64,000 nt of DNA, from the NCBI RefSeq assembly GCF_006345805.1, contig NC_042997.1, positions 28,086,001 to 28,150,000 of the forward strand, given 5' to 3'. This stretch comes from Octopus sinensis. Lineage: Eukaryota. Shown here piece after piece: positions 12,052 through 25,400 of the stretch (position 1 is the stretch's first letter; each line of letters opens with the position of its first letter). Under the pieces are notes generated by a model that worked only from the letters and a program-made list of their open reading frames with translations, did not search any database and was not told the DNA's origin. The translations under genes and the position numbers were made by a program.

Positions 12052-13479
12052 AGGATTGCAATGGATTTAGAAGTGCTTGCGAAACCTCCGAGTCGCTTCT
12101 CCAGTTTCTGCGTGGAATAAAGCATCCATTATGTTTATTTCATGTTGTTGCTGTTGTCGTATTTGTTGTTGCAGCGGAAGTAGTGTTGAAACGTTTGTTG
12201 TTGGGGTTTGTTTAATCATAGATAACCAATTTATTTTAAGCAATAATATTATTTAATCAACAGCTACAAAAAGAGAAATGGGTAAAAACGCATTCTAATG
12301 CTTGTATTCGTACTTTTTGTTTATTATTTTACTGTTTTCAGTAATCTTTAAACTGACTCCAGTAATATTTTTGGTACTTATTTTATCTATCGCTTTAGGC
12401 AGGAAAAGCAATTTTAACCTAAACATAAAAGGACAGACGTTGCAATAATAGAATAACTTACCATAGAAAATTATAAAGATAGAGTTAGTGCACTGTAAAA
12501 TCTTTTTCAGAAAATACAGATTTCAGAGTTAGCCAACGCACAGGATAATCCAGTGTAACGCAAAGCATGTAATAAGTATGTTAGATCTTGCATCTGAAGT
12601 AGGTTTCACATGCTACACATGCCTCTTGAAGGCACACCTACGAATGCCCTTTCCACCTAGACAGATTCAAAGAGCTATTATAAATGGAAGAGCACAATCA
12701 CCCACAAATTCAGTGAATGGAATATCTGTTATTTGAAGACTAAGATGTTTAGTGTTATAAAAAGAAATATTATCAACATGAACAGTTAGTGTTATATTAA
12801 TCAGCTAATTACCATATGATGCTAATTAGATAATATGCAATGAATCTGAACTTCTTACACAGTTCTCTCACATATAAGAGCTTGATTGAAACTCATTTTT
12901 TTTCATAAAACCATCGTAAAACCAACGTATTGAAATATGAAGCAAAAGTTCAAAGTTCTATTTAGCTATAACTGTAGTGAATTTTTAAAACACATCTAGT
13001 AAATAAATTAATCTCATACACAAAGCAAAGGAATACACGTAGCTGCAGTACCCAGAGTACCGGGAGATAAAATCGATCCTGGCACCAGGTGGTTGTAAAA
13101 AGAACTTTTTAACCTCGCAGCTACGAGTGGTAATGCGTTTGTTAATTCAATTTCCAATTACCACTATCATAATAACAAATAATAATCTATAGCATGGCAT
13201 TAGACATAGCGACTAAAACAATGAAAATATCTAAATAACTCAAAGACACACAAACGTTCGCGCACACGGGCATGCAGACATGAAAACACATAACTACAGT
13301 TAAGAGTTACATTATTAGACTGGAATTTGTATAACAGTGATCTGTTCCTAACAATAGATTGCTGAAAGTCGAACACCATACTTGTTATATAGCGCCATCT
13401 CTACGATGTTCTTTCTTCTTTTGCGTCTGTCTTTCTCACTCACGCGCTCTCTCACTTTTTATTGTTATAAGACATCTTT

Positions 13480-13958
<479 letters not shown>

Positions 13959-14480
13959 CTAATATTTGATAATGTTTTGTTACCCTTTTCTTTAGTCTTC
14001 TGTAGAATTTCTATTTTAGTTGTGTTGCTGTTGAGCCCTTATACAACTTCACACGGAAACACTTATGCACATACAGCCATTTTTTCAAATGTTTGTTTTC
14101 ATTAACTAACGCATCCGTCCTTCGTCGTTTAAGGCGAATTGTACGCACTTGCGAGGTGACGTTGTTTAGCCACAAGTTAGCTATGATAGCAGATGTTTGA
14201 TAAAAGACATTGAGGCCATATGCATCTTGTCAATTCCGCATCCCCGGAACAGAATACTCCTAACAATATCGGTTTTCTAGATATTAAGATTGTGACTGAA
14301 AATAAAATTGGATGGTGCCACACACAACACACACACCACACACACACACACACACATTTTTATATATATATATATATATTTGCTATGACGATCCGGTTCC
14401 TGTGACGATCCGTTCTTTGTGTCGTCTCTTTGTGTCTTTTGCGTTCTTGTCCCATTTTGTATTTTTTATATATAATTTTT

Positions 14481-14577
<97 letters not shown>

Positions 14578-14865
14578 GTAGATAGATAGATAGATAGATA
14601 GATAGATATATAGATAGATAGATAGATAGATTGATAGAAAACAATGAGAGAGAGAGAGAGATGAGATAGAAAACAATGAGAGAGAGAGAGATGGAGATAG
14701 AAAACAATGAGAGAGAGATGGAGAGTGAGTAGTGAAAAAGAGAGAGATATTATAATTTACTAATTGAACACAATTTACAACCCCTCTCCTCATTATCTAA
14801 AGAAAAAAATACGTTCATACTCATGAGCAAAGAGATGAAGTGGGAGGGAGAGAATGAAAGAAATA

Positions 14866-15056
14866 CCTTTTTCTAATCTAGGCACAAGGAACGAAATTTT
14901 GGAGGGAGGGGGCCAGTCGATTAGATCGAACTAAGTACGCGACCAGTACTTAATTTATCGACCTCGACGGAATTCGAACACAGAACGCAAAGACAGAGAC
15001 GAACTACTGCTAAGTATTTCGCCAGGTGTGCTAACGTTTCTGCGAGTTCGCCGCCT
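14866..15056 (-). mobile_element. SINE family B with ~16-bp TSD
   Basis: Reverse-complement of the family B head and core. gagaatga(a/g)agaaata at 14850-14865 and 15057-15072. Confidence 0.88.
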
Positions 15057-15390
15057 GAGAATGAGAGAAATATTAAAATGTCTGATATCAAATAATTCAG
15101 CGTCGAATTAGAGATAACAATATATAGTGCAAAAACGGCTGTGCAAAAACGACTCATAACTATTTTAGGCGTCAATTATTCTATTTTTTCTATCTTTATG
15201 TCACCGTACTTTCCTCGCTCAAAATCTATTTCTATTCTTCAGATATGAAAAGGATTGTGCAAGAGTTCAATGTCATCCACTAATTGAAAAACTGATATGG
15301 TATGGTAACTGTCATGAGAATTTCGCAAGAGAAGAAATTAAGTGGAATGTGTTGAAAACTATATTGCTGTTAATAATAATAATAATAATA

Positions 15391-15429
<39 letters not shown>

Positions 15430-15461
15430 CAACAACAACAACAATAATAATAATAATAGTA

Positions 15462-15504
<43 letters not shown>

Positions 15505-15506
<2 letters not shown>

Positions 15507-15745
15507 TTCAGGGACCTTTTGAGCGGGATGGGCTACTCAACCTGAAGAAAATTCTAATTGGGCCCCACCTGCGAGGTCATGTGCTGTTTATCTTGATATG
15601 AGATCACTATGTCGCGCACATTTGGTTGTGATGCATGTGCCTGGTGTACTCTTATCAGACGGGTAGTCATGATGGGTATATTGGGCTTCGTATATTTTAC
15701 CCCAGTGTCACGTTGATGGCATGAACTGCTCTCTCACACAATAAT
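15505..15745. mobile_element. Partial copy of the ~560-bp (AAT)n-flanked dispersed element
   Basis: Reverse-complement match to 22232-22470; (AAT)n on both sides. Confidence 0.88.
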
Positions 15746-15779
15746 AATAATAACAATAATAATATTAATAATAATAATA

Positions 15780-15845
<66 letters not shown>

Positions 15846-15849
15846 TAAT

Positions 15850-16600
15850 TGATATCAAAGTACAACTCAAGGAACCATATGACTGCCATCAACATATGGG
15901 TTGTTGCTGTAGTCTGTTATAGTGCACTCAACCTGAGATGGACACAAGCGGAGATTGACCAACTCATCTGCACTTCTCGAAAGACAATGAAAATGCATGG
16001 TGCCCTCCACCGTAGGACAAGTGTACACAGGCTCTGTCCAGAGAGAGGTAATGGTGAACGTGGGCTGATTAGCGTACTGGGGTGCATCAACAGTGACAGA
16101 TGAAACATGGCAGAATATTTGGTAAACAACAAAGAAGACCTGCTACAGCATGCTGCTAGTGCCGAAGGAGTTAACAAAAATGGACTTGAGAGTACCCATG
16201 AATTACGCACAAGTACAGCGAAAACTGTAAAACCAACAAATTAAGGGAGCATCATTGAGGTGCTCATGGAGGTGGTTCCAGAAAGGTGGCCTTATCATCT
16301 CGGCCAAATGTCTTGGAGCACCGAAGGCAGGATATAGTAACCTTTAAGAGGGTCAAACAAGAGTGCCTAATAATCGACTTAGAAGTGCTATGAGATCAAC
16401 ATATCATCATGAAAGAAAGAGAAAAAACTTGATAAATATGGAGACCTGAGAATTGAGATCGGAGCATTGGGTTCAATACCACACAATCTGATAAAACATC
16501 CGAAAAGCTTAGAGATACCCTACAATCTAGATGTATTGCAAAAGTCGCCATTACTTGGAACTGCATGCATATTGCATAAAATACTGACTGTCTGTGGTCC
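15850..16600 (+). mobile_element. R4/Dong-like RLE non-LTR retrotransposon remnant
   Basis: NHMTAINIWVVAVVCY..RWTQAEIDQL..SRKTMKMHGALH..VHRL..ERGNGERGL, then CLIIDL..KEREKLDKYGDLRIEI.GALGSIP..LQKSPLLGTA.IL (restriction-like endonuclease C-terminus). Starts directly after (AAT)n. Confidence 0.85.
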
Positions 16601-16797
16601 TTGGTGTGACTTGAGAAACAGTACAATTCCCTGGAAGATACAATATCTACAATATATAATGAAGAAAAATAGGTTAATTATCCCCTTTCTTGGTCATATA
16701 CATATATATATACGCACAAACACACACACATATATATATATGTATATATATATGCATATACGTAGGTATATATCTATCTATATATTTATGTATATGT

Positions 16798-16877
<80 letters not shown>

Positions 16878-17717
16878 ATACACATTTAGACATATAGACA
16901 TATGTACGTGCTAATATAAATATCAGTTTTACTATTGGTATTGTTGTTTTCTTTCGACTTCGCAAAGAACGTGCGGTTTCATATACTCAAAATTTCCATG
17001 GTCAGTTAGCGCCAGAGTCTCTTTGTTCTCAGAAGATATGTTTAAAATAGCAAGTATATTCCTCTTCCTAACCCACCAATATAGCACTCCTTAGCTGCGT
17101 AAAGAAACTTACTGGATAATATTGTTCTGGGTGTACTGTGCTTGAACGAAAGCACAAGACTGTCATGCCGAGAGAACCTTTATCGTCAGGTCTGCATCAG
17201 CTAAGCTGAGGTAAGAAAGGGCATAGAGTTAGCGGTGGAGATGACTTTCTTATTACTTCCGTTGTTGCTGATAGTACTGATATTGTTTCTATTTTTTCTC
17301 TTTTCAGTATTTTCTAACCCCAGGTCAGCTCTAATTAAGTACATCTATGATCAAATCGTCCAGACAATGACCGTCTCTCCTAATTTCCAGATAACTTTCA
17401 GTGCCTTTCTATATCGAGATTCTCATTTGCAATGTGAGAGGAAAGTAACTGTTATTTCTTGTAGATCAAATGGTCATATAGTAATTCCTCTATGCTGTTA
17501 TCGAAGTTGATATTGTTGTTTTTATTTATTACTTAGACAAAGGAGATATCAAAAAAGCTCTTTTCATGGTCTCTGTTTTGAGGGGAAGTGTGAAATTTAT
17601 ACCAGATTGGAAACTTACTTTAAATACCTGGAACGGTTAAGTATTGATTCAAGCCATCCAAGTACCATTTAGAGAGATCAGTTACCGTCTTAGAAGAAGA
17701 ATAGAATCTCAGGTTGC

Positions 17718-17862
17718 TTTTCAAGGAGTTTCCATCAACCAAATTTCATCGATAGGCTTCGTTTGATCTGAGACTACCATAGAAGATATTTGCTCATGTA
17801 CCATGAGGGATCGAACCCGTAGCTGTGTAGTTACGTAGCAGATTGTTTATACACAACCATGC
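17718..17862 (-). mobile_element. SINE family A head, strongly degraded
   Basis: tttccatcaaccaaatt..ctaccatagaagatatttgctca..atcgaacccg resembles the reverse-complement of the family A head. Confidence 0.6.
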
Positions 17863-19239
17863 ATGCACCCAGCTTATCAGTCAAGTGTGTTAGTTTGAGT
17901 ATACACTCTACCGCTGTTCATTTTGTCATAATGTTAACATTGGGGAATAAAGTTATAGCAGTCTCCATTTTTGGTATTATTGATTATGATACGGGTCGGG
18001 TCGTATTTTCTGTTTTCTTCTTTTGTTTAATGTTATCAGCATTGTATATTACTGTGTTTTTTTCTTTAAAACTTAAATGTAACCCTAATGGAAGAAACCC
18101 ATAAAAATACAACACTATAATCGAGGAATCCGCATCTTTTATACACACCAAGGGCTAACTTATCTAATGTAACTTTATTTAAGACGGTAGTATGTTATTT
18201 AAGTGTTATTTGGCTGTTATTTCTAGCCGCTCGATCAGCTATTTTCAAGCCATTTCGTTGCCCCTTCGCATGAATAACTGTTGTTGTTCTCTAATCCTGG
18301 TTTAGACTTTCTTTAACAAAGATACCTATGTTCAAATGCGTTGCCTTCATGATAGTCTTGTCACTTAGAATATAATGAGCTACTTTATGTAACGTATCCT
18401 TGTTTATTTAAGGGTAGTAGGTTTTAATTTAAAGGAAGAGCGCGCGTCTCTTCCTTGTATGATAATTATGCTCAGATTCTTTCCATTGGTTTATGATGTA
18501 TATATATATATTGGTGATAGCATTGGTGTTGTTGATTGCAGTCTTGTTGTCGTCATTGCTGCCACTGCTAGTTCTTAAATCGATCAATGTGCAAGACACT
18601 TGTTTGTAATTTTGGTATTGTTAATTCTTATTGCTATCCTTATTACAGTCTTCACTACAGAGACTAGTTTATATATTGTGCAGTTGTATGTAACATTTTG
18701 TATAGCTAACTGCTGGTATTGTTGACTTGCTGTTGTTGATATTATTTTTGATGTTGATGTTGATGTTTTTTTTAGTGCCACTGGTGGCGGAGGTGGTGGT
18801 GCTGTTGTTATTCTCGTCATCTTTATAACTCTCGCATTTGCTTCTGTGAATTGTTTACGTGGCATTATGATCCGTTGTCAGTTGTGACAGATTGCATTAC
18901 TGTTGTTGTGTTTGTTGTTGTTGTTGTTGTTGTTGCATTTGTCGTGGCTGCTGCATTTGTTGAGGAAGTGAGCGACGTTTTTTTTCTTGCTATTGTCGTA
19001 GCACTTTTTCTTGCTAATGCTTTGCTAGCATAGCTATTGCTTTTTCTGTTACAGTTCTGATTGCGTGAACGCTTTTGTCGTTGTTATTGTTGTTGCTGTT
19101 ATTATTATTTTTATTATTATCATTATTATTGCTGCTGCAGTTGTTGCAAGTATTTTTTTTACTGTTTGTAATAATAATATTGCTTGTTTTGTTTTCAATA
19201 TTGGCATTACTTCAAAAGCAAGAGAAAGAAAACAAAAAT

Positions 19240-19475
19240 GACATGGCCGTCATTATACTCGCTGCCGCAATTCTTTCAATTCTGAGTTCTAATCCCGCCG
19301 AGATCAACTTTGCTTTCAACATGTTCGGGGTCATTTGCATTCCGCCGAAGACGACTTTGCCTTTCATTATTTCGGGGGTCGATAAATTCAGTACCAATTA
19401 AACACTGGGGTCGATGAAATCGACTTACACCCTCCTCCAAAGTTCCTGGCCTTGTGCCGAATTTGAAACCAATAT
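19240..19475 (+). mobile_element. SINE family B, degraded, with internal duplication of the core
   Basis: tccgccgagatcaactttgc... is followed by a second tccgccgaagacgactttgcctttcat...gtcgataaattcagtacc. Confidence 0.8.
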
Positions 19476-19617
19476 TTTCGGAGTCGTTTAAACAAGGTGT
19501 CGGTCAGTACTTGTAACGATGAAATCTCCTCAACTTCTGGCCATGCGAATAATTATACATAATTTTTGTACATGTTATGCAGCATCCATTCGAACTCATG
19601 TTGACAAAAGATAAACA

Positions 19618-19950
19618 GGTGCAGGAGTGGCTGTGTGTTAAGTAGCCTGCTCATCAACCACATGGTTCCGGGTTCAGCCCCGCTGCGTGGACTTTGGGTA
19701 AGTGTCTTCTAATAAAGCCACGGGCCGACCAAAATCTTGTGAGTTTATTTCGAAGACGGAAACTGAAAGAAGCCTGTTGTATGTATGTATATATATATAT
19801 ATATATCACCGTGATTACCGTGACCGACCAGGCTATCAGATGCTGCTACACATCGCTGTCACAATGGGTTTCGCATTGTTTTAGTCTTCAAATGACACCA
19901 CCCCGCTGGCTAAGTGAGCAGGCCAATAGAAGAAAGAGAAGAAAGAAATG
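19618..19950 (+). mobile_element. SINE family A head + (TA)n + alternative 3' module
   Basis: gcaggagtggctgtgtgttaagtagc...ggaaactgaaagaagcc, then a 3' module (gaccgaccaggctatcag...ggccaatagaagaaaga) different from the other copies. Confidence 0.8.
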
Positions 19951-20100
19951 AGCAGGGATCGTCCCCCACCCCTGCCGGAACCGCGTGGAGCTTTAGGTAT
20001 TTTCGCTCAATAAACACTCACAACGCCCGGTCTGAGAATTGAAACTGCGATCCTACAACTGCGAGTCCGCTACCCTAACCACTGGGCTATTGCGCCTCCA
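19950..20100 (-). mobile_element. SINE family C (tRNA-derived)
   Basis: Minus-strand head tggaggcgcaatagcccagtggttagggtagcggactc...gtttcaattctcag; homologous to 20300-20445. Confidence 0.8.
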
Positions 20101-20250
20101 CACACACACACACACACGCATATATATATAATATATATAGATATAAGTGTACATTTAACACAAAGAGAAATTACCCATAATAGGCAATTTCTCTTTGTGT
20201 TTAAATGTACACTATTCCATATTGAATAATATGTCTTTTTTTTTTTTTTG

Positions 20251-20445
20251 TACTTGTTTCAGTCATTTGACTGCGGCCATGCTGGAGCACCGCCTTTAGA
20301 GTGGTGAAAGAGTACAGCAGGGATCACCACCTCCTGCCGGAGCCTCGTGGAGCTTTTAGGTGTTTTTTCGCGTCATAAACACACCACAACGACCGGTCTG
20401 GGAATCGAAACCGCGATCCTCCGACCGCAAGTCCGCTGCCCTAAC
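20251..20445 (-). mobile_element. SINE A tail fused to a SINE family C copy
   Basis: tacttgtttcagtcatttgactgcggccatgctggagcaccgcc, then cagggatcaccacctcctgccggagcc...gtccgctgccctaacc. Confidence 0.8.
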
Positions 20446-20525
20446 CTTTTTATACATGCTAGGCCACTCGTAGTGAAATTTGTAAAAAATTTCTACCCTA
20501 TATATATATATATCTATATATATAT

Positions 20526-20564
<39 letters not shown>

Positions 20565-20585
20565 TATATATAGATATAAATATAT

Positions 20586-20626
<41 letters not shown>

Positions 20627-20659
20627 GAAAGAATGGAGTCGAACGACGATTTAACAAAA

Positions 20660-20758
20660 TTCCTTTATTCTCGACATATGTTTCGAAGACAGCATATTCC
20701 TAATTCCGAAGGAATAAGGGGTGCATTATGCCACCTTCTCATCAGGAAAGACAAGGAA
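20660..20758 (-). ncRNA. Type-I hammerhead ribozyme, canonical core, long branched stem II
   Basis: Minus strand: stem I ttccttgtctttc / gagaataaaggaa (4+6 bp), CTGATGA (20745-20739), 12-bp stem II gaaggtggcata/tatgctgtcttc enclosing an attcc/ggaat hairpin, then GAAAC-ATAT-GTC. Predicted cleavage after 20673. Confidence 0.85.
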
Positions 20759-20914
20759 CTTATGTCAGCATCATGACGAACAAAAAATTTTAGATGACTG
20801 CCTACACGGTGTCCATAGTTGGCACGTAGATTCAACCGTGTTTTCTGACGTGAATTTGCTACCCAAGTATCGGTTAACCGAATTATCCATACTAGAATAA
20901 TTCATTCAACTACT

Positions 20915-20945
<31 letters not shown>

Positions 20946-20984
20946 TAATAAAAGTACAATTGCAAAGTACAGAACGAGTGAAAA

Positions 20985-21337
20985 TATATAGGAAGGTGGA
21001 TTTTAAAATGCAGAGGTCTTTTAAAGATGTTTATTGACTTGACTGGTTTCACATTTTAAAAAAGATTATCAAAAGTAAAATGTAAGGCTTCGTGTAGCCT
21101 TTTGTTGTTTAAAAAATGGTTATCACAGATGTATCAAAATACCGTGATACAGTCATTCCTTATCATTGTCAAAGACTGGTATTTTAATACATCTGTGATA
21201 ACCATTTTTTAACACAATAAAGGCTACGTAAAGCCTTACATTTACGTTTGAAAACATTTTTTTTAAATAGTGAAACCGGTCAAATCAATAAACATCTTTA
21301 AAAGATCTTTGCATTTTCAAATCCTCTTTCCTATATA
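20985..21337. repeat. Long inverted repeat (fold-back), ~158-bp arms, 34-bp spacer
   Basis: 20985-21143 is the reverse complement of 21178-21337 with scattered mismatches. Confidence 0.92.
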
Positions 21338-21344
21338 AATAAGT

Positions 21345-21515
21345 GTGTGCGTGCGTGTGTGTGTTGGTGTGTTTACGTCGCCGTAACTTAGCTATTCGGC
21401 AAAAGGTCTCGATGGAATGAACACTAGGCTTACAAAGAATAAGTCCTGCGGTAGATTTGTTCGACTAAAGGCGGTGCTCCAAATGACAGGAACAAATAAA
21501 AGAATAACAGATTTT
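21345..21515 (+). mobile_element. SINE family A 3' module
   Basis: ggtgtgtttacgtcgccgtaacttag...aggcttacaaagaataagtcc...aaaggcggtgctcca. Confidence 0.85.
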
Positions 21516-21707
21516 AAAAATTTGATCTCTACACAAGAGATAGCGAACATGACTATAGGAAGTTTTCTCAGGCATAGTGGAATAAATTGTTTCCGATAAA
21601 TCTGTCCAATATGTCATGTTAAAAGTTTTCGGCTGTAATATGAGGCTAGATTAGTATCTCTTTCTAATGAGTTTAACAATCGTTTAGTGGTTCCGTTTTA
21701 AGTTTGA

Positions 21708-21759
<52 letters not shown>

Positions 21760-21769
21760 GTTATTATTT

Positions 21770-22138
21770 ATGGGTTTTTCTTCTTCTTTCAAATTTGCTT
21801 CCATTTCTTGCCGAGTGTCTTCCCGACTCCTAGGGCAAAGAAACTCATAGTATACATTGGTAGGCCATTAAACTAAATTCACTAGTTCGTTCATTTTTTT
21901 TTTTGATAGAAATAAAGTTAAATTAGAATACATGGGTAGTAATAGTTCTCACATCGACAATGCTCTTCTCAATACGTGTGATGTACCAGTTAAGACAATC
22001 TTTTGCACTTCTTGCAGGGATGGTAAGCCAGGGATCATTCTCATATAATTTTCGGTTCCCTTCTTGATCATTCCTAGTGCTCCTACGATCACTGGTATTG
22101 TAATCGCCTTGAGCTGCCACATTTTCTCAATTTCAACG
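21770..22138 (-). mobile_element. 3' end of an R4/Dong-like RLE LINE embedded in (AAT)n
   Basis: VEIEKMWQLKAITIPVIVGALGMIKKG..LQEVQKIVLTGTSHVLRRALSM*, then a ~180-bp 3' UTR; (TAT)n on both flanks. Confidence 0.88.
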
Positions 22139-22154
22139 AGTATTATTATTATTA

Positions 22155-22210
<56 letters not shown>

Positions 22211-22231
22211 TTATTATTATTAATTATTATC

Positions 22232-22792
22232 ATTGAGTGAGAGAGCAGTTCATGCCATCAAAGTGACACTGGGGTAAAATATACGAAGCCCAATATACCC
22301 ATCATGACTACCCGTCTGATAAAGGTACACCAGGCACATGCATCACAACCATATGTGCGCGACATGGTGATCTCATATCAAGATAACAGCACATGACCTT
22401 GCAGGTGGAGCCCAGTTGGAATTTTCTCCAGGTTGAGTAGCCCATCCCGCTCAAACGGTCCCTGAATAAGGGTTGTTTAAGGATGTTGAAAGAACCACCC
22501 ATGTTTTCCAGAGGTGAACTATTCAAAACCCCAAGAATCCCTCTCAACACATGGCTATGATGCTCCCCCACTACTTCTGCTCGTGATCAGAGATGCACAT
22601 ATCGTCAGCCACTAAGGGACATGCTCAACTGGTTAAGGTCAAACAACTGACAAGCAAATCTGTGGTATTGAGCAGAATATTTGCTGTAGCCCATCTTTTA
22701 TACCAAGACAAAACAATGTACATGATAACACTTCCAATCAGTTAAGATCAGAAGCCATGAGAGCCACTGCCTGGTACTGCATCAGGGCATTT
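22232..22792. mobile_element. Apparently full-length ~560-bp (AAT)n-flanked dispersed element
   Basis: GC-richer unique block between TAT arrays; parts recur at 15505-15745 (inverted) and 32018-32327. Confidence 0.88.
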
Positions 22793-23219
22793 ATTATTAT
22801 ATTATTATTATTATATTATATTATTATATTATTATTATTATTATTATTATTATATTATATTATTATTATTATTTTTGCTGCAGTTGTTTTTATTACTGGC
22901 TTTCTTATTGCTATTTAATTGCTGGAAATGATGCTGCTTGTGATGATAATGATGATGATGGCAATGATGACGATGCCAATGATAATAAAAGGGGATGACC
23001 ACGATTATTGTAGAGTTGGAATTGGTGCTGTGTAATTTAAAAAGTGTTGGTGACGGCGGCGATGGGAAAGGTGTGATGGTGGTGGATGGTGTAGGGCATA
23101 TTGTCTGATATTTTGATGAAGACGGTGGAGACCAGGACGGCGGCGAGTAATTATCCTGAAAAATCGAAATGGCGATGACGATGGCGGGGATGATAACAAT
23201 GATAATGAAGACAACATCA

Positions 23220-23760
23220 TCACCACTGCCACAAACACCACCACCACCACCACACAAGCACCACCACCACCCACACCACCACCGCCGCCGCCAACGTCAC
23301 CATCACCACCACCACCACCACCACCGCCAACGCCGCTCCCACCACCGCCAACGCCGCTCCCACCACCGCCAACGCCGCTCCCACCACCGCCAACGCCGCT
23401 GCCACCACAGCCACCACCGCCACCACCACCACCAACACCACCCCCAACACCACCATCACCACCACCACCAAACAACACACCACCACCAACAAAACACCAC
23501 CACTACACCACCACCAAAACAACCACCACACCACCACCACCACACCACCACTACCACCACCACACACCACCACCACCACCACCGCCGTCACCCTCGCCAA
23601 AGCCACCACCACCACCACCACTACCACCACTACCAACACCACCACCACCACCACCGCCACCACCACAACCACCACAACCAGCACCAGCACCAGCACACCA
23701 CCACCACCACCACCACGACAACCACCACAACAACACCAACAACACCATCGCCACCGCTGC
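23220..23760. repeat. (CAC/ACC)n tract including a 21-bp unit ccaccaccgccaacgccgctc repeated about 3-4 times
   Basis: Read directly; source of the poly-H/G/V pseudo-ORFs. Confidence 0.92.
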
Positions 23761-24590
23761 CATGTTAATAATGTTTTGGTAGTTTAGTCTATATTGTGTC
23801 AGTTCACTTTTCAAACTATTGTTTCTGCAACTGGGATTTTTTTTCCCCATGTTGATGTGATGTCTGCTATTGTTGCTGCTTGTTATTGCTGTTGTTGCTA
23901 TTGTTATTGTTATTGTTGTTTTTGCCGATGTGGATAGCTCTATTCATTTATTGCCTACGATGGTATTGATATTGCTGTTGTTATTGTTGTTGATATTGAT
24001 GCCTTTTGTTATTGCTACTGGTGTTGCTGTTTTATATGCTATTGTTATTGACAGTTGATGCTATCTTCGTTATTGTTGCTGTAGTTGTTCTTATTGACTT
24101 TCCTTGTTTTGTTATTCTACTCCTTGGGAAGACCTATTCAGTAGCGCAGAAAGCTATGCGTGCACACATGAACAAACACACGTATATGTAATTGCTTTAC
24201 ACTTTTAAAAAATCATTTATTTATAAACGTTTTCTTTTTATTTTCTATCATTCTGTTTTTCAACATTTTTTTTCAGTTCTTTATTTTATTGAAGAATACT
24301 CCGTTCAAACAAACACCATTCTTTCGTTCTCTTCTTGTTTCACTTTTTACATTCATTCTTTATTTGGCTGATACATTCATTGATCCAGTCGACATTCATT
24401 TATATGTTTATTGGTTTTCATGTAAGTAATTTTCATCATTAATACAGTTATACATAAATACATACACATCTACATACATACATACATATGTATGTGTCTG
24501 AGTGATTGTGTAAATACCTATCTCTCTCTCCCTCTGTATCCCCCACCCCCACATGCACACACACATACACCATATATACATATATATGTA

Positions 24591-24645
<55 letters not shown>

Positions 24646-24658
24646 ATATATCTATATA

Positions 24659-24736
<78 letters not shown>

Positions 24737-24794
24737 AGCTATATATATATATTTATATACATTTATATACATATACATGTATATTCACGTCTGT

Positions 24795-24955
24795 CGTGTA
24801 TTTATGCCCCCATAACCTATCGGTCCGGCGATGGCAACTATAGAATAAGTATCAGGATTACAAAATAAGTCCTGGGATCGATTTGTTTGATTAACACCCG
24901 TTAAAGGCGGTGCTCCAGTATGGCCTTAGTCAAATGCCAGAAACAAGAAAAAAAA
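24795..24955 (+). mobile_element. SINE family A 3' module, degraded
   Basis: gaataagtatcaggattacaaaataagtcctgggatcgatttg..aaaggcggtgctccagtatggcc. Confidence 0.75.
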
Positions 24956-24974
24956 AAAATACTACATATAGTTG

Positions 24975-25400
24975 CAGGCATGGCTGTGTGGTAAGAAGCT
25001 TGGTTCCACATGGTTCCAGGTTCAGTCCCCCTGCGTGGCACCTTGGGCGGGCAAGTGTTTTCTACTATAACCTCGAGTGGCCAAAACGTTTGTGAGTGGA
25101 TTTGGTAGATCGTCGGAAAGAAACTTAATATATATATAATATATAAATATATATAATATCTATATATATATATATATATTTATGTGTGTCTGTGTTTTTC
25201 CACCCGACTTCGCTTGACAACCGATGCTAGTGTGTTTATGTCCCCGTAACTTAGCGATTCGGACTAAAGAAGCCGATAGAATAAGCACTAGGCTTACAAA
25301 GAATAACTCCTGGGGTCGATATGTTCGACTAAAACCCTTTAAGGCGGTGCTCAAGCATGGCTGCAGACAAATGACTGAAACAAGTAAAAGAATAAAAGAT
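24975..25400 (+). mobile_element. SINE family A with internal (TA)n
   Basis: gcaggcatggctgtgtggtaagaagc head, TA tract 25128-25182, then 3' module to gactgaaacaagtaaaagaataaaag. Confidence 0.88.

Noticed and set aside
22850-23850. His-, Gly- and Val-rich ORFs
   Set aside because: Translations of a (CAC)n microsatellite on both strands.
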